Assembly (NCBI GenBank): GCA_003223775.1
Contig: QHWK01000167.1
Location: forward strand, 1 to 34,484
Direction: 5' to 3'
Origin: Acidobacteriota bacterium
GTDB taxonomy: Bacteria > Acidobacteriota > Vicinamibacteria > Vicinamibacterales > CAVVIG01
Length of the DNA stretch: 34,484 nt
Each line of letters starts with the position of its first letter. Position 1 is the stretch's first letter. Below, piece after piece: positions 16,320 to 25,300 of this stretch. A program made the translations under genes and the position numbers. A model generated the notes under the pieces. It saw only the letters and a program-made list of their open reading frames with translations. It had not been told where the DNA came from and made no database searches.

Positions 16320-19300
16320 TTACGGGCACAGGGCAAATCGCGACGGGTCGAATCCGTCGCTTCTTGCGTCCGGCTCCGTCCCGAGCCTCATGGTGCATCG
16401 TGAGCCGTCGCGCAGAACGAGCGTCGTGTCGTTCTTCAGCGCGCCAGGCGCGACAGTGAGAAACTGCTCCGCGCTCAGCACGATCTGATCGATCGAGAAG
16501 CCGTCCTCTTTCACCTGCACGCGAATGGTCTGCGCCCCTGACTGCTCGAAATGGATGTTCGGACCCATTACGTTCACGCCCCAGCCGTTGTCCTGCCAGC
16601 CCCAGCCCGATAGGTGGCAGCCGTTGCAGTCCGCCAGGTTCACGTCGGTCGCCGAGGTCGTGCCGATACGATAATTCGGTGTGCCGGCCTCATCGACGCT
16701 GCCTGAGAACTGCACCATCACGGCATCGTTCACGCGCTTGTTCCTGTCGGCCTTGCCGCGCAGCCACAGGTGATAGGCGACGCCCGCTTCCGCCTGAAAC
16801 GGAATCTCGAAGTAATTCGCCGGGTTCGCCAACGGTTGGTCAATCTTCCCTGCGCTCTTGTTGGGATTCCACATGCGTGAACCGCCGGCGGCCGTTGCAT
16901 CCGGCACGATCGACCAGGTGCCCTTGACCATGTTGGCATCCGACGCGTAGAGCACTACTTCACGTTCGCGGATCGTTAGACTGAACGTGCGCCTGGCCAC
17001 GTTCCCGTCCCACCCCACGTCGCTTGCCTGCACGGTGAATGAGAACGCGCCCACGGCCTTGGGTTTGCCGCTGATGATGCCGTCTGGCGACAACTCGAGG
17101 CCTTTCGGCAGCTGACCCTCGACGAGACTCCACGTGGTCTGGCCGGTGCCGCCGGCGAACTCCAGTACCGCCCGATACGGCCTCGGAGCATCTCCTGACG
17201 GCAGCGTTGCGGTCGTGATTGCGATCGGCAGCGGAGCAATGACGAGGGTCGCCGTCCCGGAATCTGTGTAGCCCGGCCAATCGTCTTTCACCTGAACGGT
17301 AAAAGTGAACCGTCCGATGCTCTGCGGATCGCCGGTCACCGATCCGGTGGTGCCGAGCACGAGGCCAGGCGGCAAGAGACCGCCGATGAGCGACCAGGTC
17401 TGCAAGCCGGTGCCCCCCGTGGCGCTCAGTGCCGCGTCATAATGCGAACCGAGAACGCCCGCGGGGAGCGCCGAAGTGACGATCCGGATCGGAAGGGGAG
17501 CGACAGTGATCGTCACCGTGTCCAAGACGACGCGATTGAGCCCCCAGCGATCCGAATCCTTCGCCTGGATCACGGCGGTCTTGGTTCCCCACATCGTCGG
17601 CGTGCCGGCGATTTCACCCGAAAGGGGGTCGAGGCTGAGCCCGTCCGGCAGATTGCCGGACGCGACGCTCCACGCGACGGTTCCGAGCGCTCCACTCACG
17701 CTCGGTGCGAGATGAAACGGCTCTCCGACCTTTCCCGCCGGTATTTCCGGAATGCTGATCGCGTACGGCGGGGGATCCACCATGATCTCCAGGGTGATCG
17801 TCGCCTCGTTGAAATCCCACGCCGTATCGTAGGCACGAAGGATCAGCAGGCCGACGGTGGGCGCTGCCGGCGTTCCGGTGATCAGGCCCGACGCCGCATC
17901 GAACGCGAGGCCGTCCGGCAACGAGCTGTCCAGCACTTGAATCGCGCATCCCGCCAGACCACCGCTGCACGTCACGCGTTGCTCGTACGGAACGTTGAAC
18001 ATGCCCTTTGGCACGGTCGGCGGTCCAATATGGACCGGCGGCATCCCGGGCCGCAGCCTGATGTCGCCGGAGAGCGCGAGCGTGGTTTCGGCAAGGACGA
18101 CGTCTACCTCAGCTCCAAGGTCCTTCCCCTCCGGGCCGATCACTTGATGATTCTCGACCAGCACGCCCGCGTTCTTGTACGTGCTGTTCGACCGCAGGTG
18201 ATAATTGCCCGCTGCGAAGCCCTCGAACTCGAGCTGCCAGTTGGCGACGGTCGGAAGGTAATTGTCAAAACTGCTGCACGGCAAGCCCAGATAGACCTTG
18301 GCATTCCCTCCCGCCAGAACGTTTCGGCAGAAGATCCCGTTCGGCAGCATGTAGGCATTGAACGCGCCTAATCCCGACGAGAAGCGATCGCCGAAGAACC
18401 CGAACGAGTTGTGCGCCGACAGGTTGTTCGTGATCGTGAGATTCGTGATCGGCGTGGTAATACCGGCCAGCCGCCCGTAGAGGTAGTAGATCGCGGGTTG
18501 AGTGCTGATGACCGTGTTGTGATCGATCGTCACGTTGTCAGCGCCGTCGCCAATCAGAAATACCCGGCTCGAGCCCCAGATGCTCGCGGTCAGATCGTCG
18601 AACACATTGTCGACAATGGTGATGTCTCTCGTGCGCTGGCTCGGCGCAAGGTTGTCGGTGCCGAGAATGTTCACGCCGCCGGAGGTATGGCGGACGATAT
18701 TGTGCCGGAACATGACGCGTTGGACGACCACCCAGGGCGCCGTGCCGTTCTGATTGCGCGGCGTGAACAGGATGGGATAGCCGGGCTGATCCGCCACCCA
18801 CACATGCTCGAACACGTTGCCCTCGACGAGCACGTCCTGGGCGTTTTTCAGCTCGAAGCTGTTCTTCACCATCCACTTGGTGCCGCTCCCCGGCTTGCCG
18901 GCCGCGGCTGCCGCGCCGGTATCCGTGAAGAACGGGTCCGGCGTCGTCCAGAACATCGCCTGGCTGTTCGACGTGCGGCCGTACACCAGGTACTCCTGCG
19001 CAGTCGCCACGGGCGTCCATGAGATGGTCACAGCGCCGTCAGCGCCGAGTGTCGCCGTCACTTCAGCCGATGCGACCGACGCCGCAATGTTGTTCCGGTA
19101 ACTGAGCTTGCGTGCGACCACTTTGTAGTAATAGGTGCCGGCGGGCAGTGCGCCGGCGGCCGGCGTCGCGGCCGCGGCGACGTTCGCCGGCGCCGCGAGG
19201 ATCGGATTGCGCCACGCGAGCTGCTTGCTGAGATAGTTGTAGCGGAAGACGACGTCCGTGGTGACCAGATCTTTAATCGGCGGGTCGGCGCCACCGAGCA

Positions 19301-19988
19301 GAAAGCTCTGCGTCGCGGCCTCGAGATAATTGTTCTCGATCACATAGTGGCCCGGGCCGTTGAAGCCGCCGATGGCCTGCGACTCCTGGCCGATGGCCTT
19401 GCAGTCGGACACCCACGAGTTGATGATCGTGGTGTCGCGGCTGTGCAGCGCGATGCCGCGCTTCTGTCCGAACTCGGGGTCGCCGTGGACGTACAGTCGA
19501 TCCAGGATGAAGGCGTACGGCACTTGCGTCAGCTCGGTCTGCGTCGAATCGTTGGCGCCGAGAGTGATGATGTCGTTGGCGCCGCCCACATTGGCCTGGA
19601 ACTCCAGGAACATCAGCTTGTAATGGTGCGCGCTGGTCGCTGTCTGCAGCGCCCACAGGGCATTCGGCGATTTGATCTTCGGGAGATGCGCTGCGTACGC
19701 GGGCGTCATGCGCACGCCAAAGGGCGGAAACACATCGTCGGGCGCGGCCGACCGGATGGTGATGTACTCCGGCGTGTCGCCGTTGTCCGGCAATGCTTTG
19801 TTCGGCAAGATGAAGTTGCCGGTGTACGTGGCGTCGGGCTCGAGCGTAATGACATCGCCCGGCTGCGCCGCGTTCAATGCGGCCTGAAGGTCCCCGCCCG
19901 ACGGAACGGCAATTGTTGCCGCGTGTGCCGCTGAGGCTGCGAGAAAGTACACCACACCCGTGGCCCACGAAGGGATCCGGAAACCCAT
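16320..19988 (-). CDS. secreted right-handed beta-helix protein (paralog B) with Fn3-like insert, four Ig-like (He_PIG-type) repeats and one CBM-like module
   Basis: Intact track ORF of 1222 aa. Signal peptide MGFRIPSWATGVVYFLAASAAHA, then ATIAVPSGGDLQAALNAAQPGDVITLEP. AGGAG lies 9 nt upstream of the ATG. The Fn3-like insert is at about 18873..19205, the Ig-like repeats at 16971..18026 and the CBM-like module at 16413..16961. Confidence 0.85.
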   Translation of the reverse strand: MGFRIPSWATGVVYFLAASAAHAATIAVPSGGDLQAALNAAQPGDVITLEPDATYTGNFILPNKALPDNGDTPEYITIRSAAPDDVFPPFGVRMTPAYAAHLPKIKSPNALWALQTATSAHHYKLMFLEFQANVGGANDIITLGANDSTQTELTQVPYAFILDRLYVHGDPEFGQKRGIALHSRDTTIINSWVSDCKAIGQESQAIGGFNGPGHYVIENNYLEAATQSFLLGGADPPIKDLVTTDVVFRYNYLSKQLAWRNPILAAPANVAAAATPAAGALPAGTYYYKVVARKLSYRNNIAASVASAEVTATLGADGAVTISWTPVATAQEYLVYGRTSNSQAMFWTTPDPFFTDTGAAAAAGKPGSGTKWMVKNSFELKNAQDVLVEGNVFEHVWVADQPGYPILFTPRNQNGTAPWVVVQRVMFRHNIVRHTSGGVNILGTDNLAPSQRTRDITIVDNVFDDLTASIWGSSRVFLIGDGADNVTIDHNTVISTQPAIYYLYGRLAGITTPITNLTITNNLSAHNSFGFFGDRFSSGLGAFNAYMLPNGIFCRNVLAGGNAKVYLGLPCSSFDNYLPTVANWQLEFEGFAAGNYHLRSNSTYKNAGVLVENHQVIGPEGKDLGAEVDVVLAETTLALSGDIRLRPGMPPVHIGPPTVPKGMFNVPYEQRVTCSGGLAGCAIQVLDSSLPDGLAFDAASGLITGTPAAPTVGLLILRAYDTAWDFNEATITLEIMVDPPPYAISIPEIPAGKVGEPFHLAPSVSGALGTVAWSVASGNLPDGLSLDPLSGEIAGTPTMWGTKTAVIQAKDSDRWGLNRVVLDTVTITVAPLPIRIVTSALPAGVLGSHYDAALSATGGTGLQTWSLIGGLLPPGLVLGTTGSVTGDPQSIGRFTFTVQVKDDWPGYTDSGTATLVIAPLPIAITTATLPSGDAPRPYRAVLEFAGGTGQTTWSLVEGQLPKGLELSPDGIISGKPKAVGAFSFTVQASDVGWDGNVARRTFSLTIREREVVLYASDANMVKGTWSIVPDATAAGGSRMWNPNKSAGKIDQPLANPANYFEIPFQAEAGVAYHLWLRGKADRNKRVNDAVMVQFSGSVDEAGTPNYRIGTTSATDVNLADCNGCHLSGWGWQDNGWGVNVMGPNIHFEQSGAQTIRVQVKEDGFSIDQIVLSAEQFLTVAPGALKNDTTLVLRDGSRCTMRLGTEPDARSDGFDPSRFALCP
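16971..18026 (-). repeat. four tandem ~85-aa Ig-like repeats within paralog B
   Basis: A signature recurs four times: LPDGLAFDAASGLITGTP, LPDGLSLDPLSGEIAGTP, LPPGLVLGTTGSVTGDP, LPKGLELSPDGIISGKP. Each is followed by a ...(F/A)xxxVxxxD strand, as in He_PIG / cadherin-like putative Ig domains. Confidence 0.7.
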
Positions 19989-20089
19989 ATCGTCTTACTC
20001 CTGCGGTGTTGGAAAGTTTTGCGCGAGCCGCGCGCGTCGCGCGGAGGATTCTAGCGCGCGCGACAGAAATCGCGGAGCATAAACGACAA

Positions 20090-21051
20090 TATTGCTCAGT
20101 ATGATATCGATGACGTGCCGATCGAATCGGGTGGGCGGTGGTCCACTTCAATTTCAGCGGCGGCGATTCGCGGCGAACAAGGTTTGGAGTTCTCGGCGCT
20201 TCGACCCGTGGACGGTCTTCCAGCGTCGCAGCAACAGCCAGCGTTTCCCGCGACCGTGCTCGCGCATGACCGCGCCCGCCCGAAAGAATTCTTGGCGGCG
20301 CACGTCGTCGAGCGCGGCGCTGGCGTGCTGCAGCACGTGGAATTTGTCGAAGACGATCTCGGCCTTCGATAGCACCGTGCCCACCGCATTGAGATACGGC
20401 CGATGCATGTCGGTGCACACGGCGGTGATCGCCCCGCGTTGCCGAGCGGTCAGGTCCTCCGTCAGCAACGCCGTGGCCGTGGCCTCGCTCCGGTCCTGGC
20501 GCAGGCCGATCACCTCGCCGTGCACGACATCGGACAGGACCGTCCAGAAGCGTTGGCCTTTGCCGCGTTGGATCTCATCGAGGCCGATATGCCGCGGCTG
20601 GCGCTTCACGCGCGTGCGATCCCACTCCGCCAGGAAGGCTTTCTCTGCGCGACGCGCTTTGCCCCAGCTGACGCCATGCCGGACGGCTGCGTGACTGGTC
20701 GGCATCGATTGACAGTCCACGCCGATCTGCTGTCGCAAGCGTCGAGTGACGCGCGCTTTGGCGTCGGCGAACTCGATGCGCTCGGTGCGAATCCCGCAGG
20801 CCCGACACACGAGGCGGCACTGCGGATAGATGAGCGTGACATGATGCGACGCCCACGGCAGGTCGTCCCACGTCCGCTCTCGGCTCGATCGCACGCGACC
20901 CGCGCGTCGACCACAGCCACTACAGGTGTCACCGGCGCACGCCGCGACGTTCAATCCGAATCGTCAGCCGGCTGTCTTCCGCCTCGTCCATCGTCACGAC
21001 CCGAAACCCCGACAAGCCCAGAATCCACGTACAATCGCGGCGCGATCCCAC
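20090..21051 (-). mobile_element. ISL3-family transposase remnant (1-nt frameshift plus large internal deletion); element ends not identified
   Basis: GTG at 21051, preceded by AAGGGAGGA, opens MGSRRDCTWILGLSGFRVVTMDEAEDSRLTIRIERRGVRR*, with TGA at 20929..20931. One extra base separates this from track ORF 20154..20954, which reads ...CSGCGRRAGRVRSSRERTWDDLPW...DEIQRGKGQRFWTVLSDV...TAVCTDMHRPYLNAV...KFHVLQHA...LFAANRRR*. At about 20157..20165 the sense jumps to LKLKWTTAHPIRSAR, the conserved extreme C-terminus of ISL3 transposases. Confidence 0.75.
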
Positions 21052-21342
21052 CGGTCCTCCCTTGTTGGTTGCACATCAAGAGAGAACACCATCCCATTCA
21101 GGATGGCCACGTGGTATCGCTCTTCTTCGTCCAGGCCGCCGAGCAGACCGCCCACCCCAAGTGCGGTCCGCGCAGGTGGCCGGGTAATTACCATTTTAGT
21201 GGACCAGACCGGCGCCAGTTGGAGCCTAAACATTGCTCTGGCTCAGACACGTGGTGTAGTGGGAGCCACTGCGTTGTACCAGCTCACCATTTTGAACGTG
21301 TGCGCCAGATTGCTGCGACAATCTACCGACCTGGTGCTTGAT

Positions 21343-22020
21343 ATGGATCCGCTCCATCGGCAGGCGATCGTTAAAGGAGTGCTCGGGATCCTCCTCTTTG
21401 TCGTCCTCATCTTCTGGCCGGCCGGCACGTTCGACTACTGGCAAGGCTGGCTGTTCCTGGGGATCTTTGCCGCGTCGACCGTTGGCTTCACCGTGTACCT
21501 GGCGATCTACGACAGACCGCTTCTCGAGCGTCGGTTGAAGGCCGGGCCGCAACATGAGCGAGAGTGGTCCCAGAAAATCATCGTGTCGTTGGTCCTCCTC
21601 GCGTTTTTTGCGTTGATCGTCCTGTCCGTGCTCGATTACCGAAACGCGTGGTCGCCGGTTGCCCCGTGGGTGTCGATTCTTGGCGATGTGGTGGTCCTGC
21701 TGTCCTTCCTCTTCATCTTCACGGTGACCCGGGTCAACAGTTTCGCCGCGTCGAACATTCGCGTGGAGAAGGATCAAAAAGTGATCGACACGGGGCCGTA
21801 CGCGCGCGTGCGTCATCCGATGTACACCGGGGCCATTTGGCTTTTCGTCGGAATGCCGCTCGCGCTCGGTTCGTGGTGGTCGCTCGGCCTGATCGTGCCT
21901 TTCATGCCCGTACTTTTGTGGCGGCTTCTCGACGAGGAGAAAATCCTGCAGAGAGATTTGCCCGGGTATACAGAATACATGCGCAGAGTACGCTTTCGTC
22001 TGGTTCCGTTTGTGTGGTAG
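21343..22020 (+). CDS. isoprenylcysteine carboxyl methyltransferase (ICMT/PEMT-like) family membrane protein
   Basis: This is the sensible part of track ORF 20926..22020, beginning at MDPLHRQAIVKGVLGILLFVVLIFWP. Several TM segments are followed by VIDTGPYARVRHPMYTGAIWLFVGMPLALGSWWSL, the family signature. The first 139 codons of the track ORF are antisense to the IS remnant. Confidence 0.8.
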   Translation: MDPLHRQAIVKGVLGILLFVVLIFWPAGTFDYWQGWLFLGIFAASTVGFTVYLAIYDRPLLERRLKAGPQHEREWSQKIIVSLVLLAFFALIVLSVLDYRNAWSPVAPWVSILGDVVVLLSFLFIFTVTRVNSFAASNIRVEKDQKVIDTGPYARVRHPMYTGAIWLFVGMPLALGSWWSLGLIVPFMPVLLWRLLDEEKILQRDLPGYTEYMRRVRFRLVPFVW

Positions 22021-22352
22021 AGACGCGCCTTGCGCATCGCGATCTGAGGGCAAGCCACACGTTACGTGTTGCTCCATCTCACGAATTTCGACGATGGACG
22101 CGACCTGATGAAAGAATCGCTGTACTCAAATCGGTGAACAGCCTCAAAAAAGCGCTGATCAAAGCTGTCCCGTTTCACTCACAACCGTCTTCACATTCCC
22201 GCGGCTGGAGAGATACGTGCGTTAGCGGCGGTCATCTCAGCCGTTCTATCGCGCGAATTTGCGCGGTTATCCCGTGCTGAGCTTGACGCGCTGAGTCATG
22301 TCATGTATCTGTTCCTTCCGTTCCCTCAACTTTCCACGGTCAGGAGCGTTTC

Positions 22353-25300
22353 ATGCGCGTCGAACTCCGTACCCTCGCGGCGATGATGGTGTTCCTTCTC
22401 GCGTCTGCGTGGCCGGCTGCCGCGCAGACGACGTTCGCGACGATTACCGGCGCGGTCACCGACTCGAGCGGCGGCGTCATCCCCGGCGCGGAGGTTGCCG
22501 CCACGAACGTCGAAACGTCGATCGCGACGAAGACGACGACCAACCGCGAGGGCGTGTACACCGTCACCCAGCTGCGCGAAGGGCCGTACATGTTGAGCAT
22601 CACGGCGCCGGGCCTTCGCGAGTTCATCGTGACCAATATTCTCCTGGTGACTCGCGATGTGCGGCGCATCGCGGCAGAGCAGCTCCGGACGCTGCCGCTG
22701 AACGATCCCGGCGTGTGGTCGTTCCTGGCTGTGACGCCGACCTTGTCGTTGCGCGCCGGCACTTACTCGTTCGCCGGCAGCAAATACAACCAGTCGCAGT
22801 TCGCGATCGACGGAACGTCGATGAGCGACGGCGTCGGCGAGAGTCCGGTTGGCCCGCTCGCGAACTACATCGAGTCGTTCAAGGAAGTGAAGATCGATCT
22901 CGCGAACAACAGCGCCGAGTTTCCGAGCCTCGGCCAGGTGACGATCATCTCGAAGTCGGGCGCGAATCGTTTCAGCGGCTCCCTCTTCGATTACTACCAG
23001 GGACCCTCGTTTCGCGCGCGTAATCCGTTCTCAGGCCAGCGGCAGGCGGGCTGGGTGCACTTCCCGGGTGTCGCGGCGGGTGGACCGGTTGTGATTCCCA
23101 AGGTCTACAACGGCCACGCGCGGACGTTCTGGTTCGTCTCCGCCGAGACGGTCGACGGCAGCAATACCTCGGTCGACTTGAACCCGACGGTGCCCATCGA
23201 GCCGTGGCTCCGCGGCGATTTTTCCGCGTTGGGACGTCCGATTCGCAACCCATTCACCGGCGAGGTCTACGCCGACGGCCGCATTCCTGTCGCCGCGCTG
23301 AATCCGGTGGCGGTGAAGCTTCAGGATCGCTTCTTTCCGCTCCCCAACTCCGGCAACACCGCGGTGCTGCAGACCAACAACTTCCGCCAGACGCTGGAGA
23401 TCGATCGGGCGAAGCCGTACTACTGGACCGCGCGGATCGACCATGACTTCGACCCGGCGAATCGCCTGTTCGGACGGTTCACCCTGTCCGAGAGTACGAA
23501 TCCGGTATGGGAAGGCAATCTGCCGACGTTCGGCGTTCGCGATCAGCTGCGCCAGACCAGAGCGCTGACGCTGTCGTACACGCGCATTTTGGGTTCGTCG
23601 CTCGTCAGCGAATTTCGCGGCGGTTACACGTATAACAACAATCCGATCTCGGGTCCGGTGAGGGGGCTCGAGCTCGCCGATTCGCTCGGGCTCCGCGGAC
23701 TGGCGCCCGGCCTGCCCGATATCAGCGGCGTGCTGAAGGTCAGCTTCCCAGGTTCGGGGCTCACCGGACTGTCGCAAGTGGACTGGACGAATCCGGGATT
23801 CCTGAATCGGATTTATCAACTGCAGAACCAGACGACCTGGCAGCGCGGCACCCATACCGTCAAAGGCGGCGCGGAAATCCGGCGCATCGATAATGACGAG
23901 AGCGTGGCGTCACCGAATCTCTTCGGCGCGCTCGACTTCACGGGCCGGTTCACCGCCGTCCCGGGGATCGCTGCCAGCGGCAATCCCTACGCCGATTTCC
24001 TGTTCGGCGTGCCGAACACCGCGTCGCGAGCGTTTCCTCCGATTGCCGCGCAGCGGCGGCGCTGGACCTATGACTTCTTCGCGCAGGACGACTGGAAGGT
24101 CACGCGAAATCTCACGCTGAACCTCGGGCTGCGGTACGACCTGCATCCCGGCTGGTTCGAGCGCAACGATCGGCAGGCCATCTTCGACATCACCAGCGGC
24201 CGCATCGTCGTCCCCGACGGCGGTCGCGACGACGTGTCGCCGCTGATGCCGACAGGCTACGTCGACGTCGTGTCCGCCAGCAGTGTCGGGCTGCCCGCGC
24301 GCACGCTGCTCCGGACCGACCGCAACAACTTCGCGCCGCGCATCGGCGTCGCGTATCGTCCGTTCGGCGGCGCGCGCACCGTTCTCCGCGGCGGGTACGG
24401 CTTGTATTACGACATGACGCCGATCGATCTCCAGGCGGCGCGCGCGCCATTCGTGCTGTCGGAGACACCCTTCACCAATCCCACGGTGCCGGTGGTCGTC
24501 CTGCCGACGGTGTTTCCGACGGGTGGAACGTCAGGACCAGCGGCGATCGGTCTGCCGCTCGCGGTCAATCCGGACATCCGCATTCCGTACACGCATCAGT
24601 TCAACGTCACGGTCGAGCACGAGCGCTGGAATACGGGATTCCGTGTGTCGTACATCGCGACACTGGGCCGGGCGATGTGGTACGAGCGCGATGCCAACGC
24701 GCCGGTGGCAGACGGTCGCCTGTACATCGAGAAGCCGCGGCCGTTTCCGCAGTTTCCCGACATCACGTACGCCGACAACGGCGGATCGCACGACTATCAC
24801 GGGGTGACGGTCGAAGCGGAACGCCGCTTCTCGCAAGGATTGTTCTTTCAAGTGGCGTACACGGCCGCGCGGGATCTGGGCGACACCGGCGGGAACGCCC
24901 CGAACGGCGGCATTTACACCACGCCGATCGAGAACCCGTTCGACCTGGCGCGTGAGCGCGGCCCCGACGTGGCGACACCCCGGCATCGCGTGACGAGCGC
25001 GGTCATGTACGAACTGCCGTTCGGCCATGAGCGCCGGTGGCTCGCCAACGCTCCCGGCGCGGTCGATGCGGCGCTCGGCGGCTGGGAGCTTTCGCTGGTC
25101 TCGTATCTGCAGACCGGCGGCTATCTCACGCCGACGATCTCGGTGCCCGATCCAACTGGCACGCGGTTCACGAACACGGCGACGCGGCCGGTCGTCTCGA
25201 TTCGTCCGGATCTGCTCAACGATCCGAATCTCGACGGCCAGACCGTCCCTGGAGGGACACCGATCACGGCGTTCCCGTGGTACGACATCACCGCATTCGC

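Noticed and set aside
21075-21116. Minus-strand peptide ...EERYHVAILNGMVFSLD just upstream of the ISL3 start, considered as the missing N-terminus of nagA (amidohydrolases often begin with an 'I.NG.IF' strand).
   Set aside because: The match is only about 10 residues and generic. The stretch may lie inside the IS left end. No HxH metal-binding motif follows.
21190-21290. Short stem-forming segments (GAGCC...GGCTC) inspected as a possible tRNA or att site next to the IS.
   Set aside because: No T-loop (GGTTCGAATCC-like) or acceptor-stem pairing could be found. The stem is 5 bp only.
20926-21342. N-terminal 139 codons of track ORF 20926..22020, which would make the methyltransferase 364 aa.
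   Set aside because: This part is antisense to the ISL3 transposase 5' region and its upstream DNA, and it has low-complexity Ser/Pro/Arg composition. The membrane protein begins convincingly at the ATG at 21343.
22283-22311. Sigma-70-like hexamers TTGACG-N17-TATCTG upstream of the TonB receptor gene, and similar weak hexamers TTGCGA-N17-GATATA on the minus strand at 13805..13833 upstream of the esterase gene.
   Set aside because: Both -10 candidates lack the highly conserved final T. Promoter consensus for this lineage is not established and I cannot score them. They are not reported as features.
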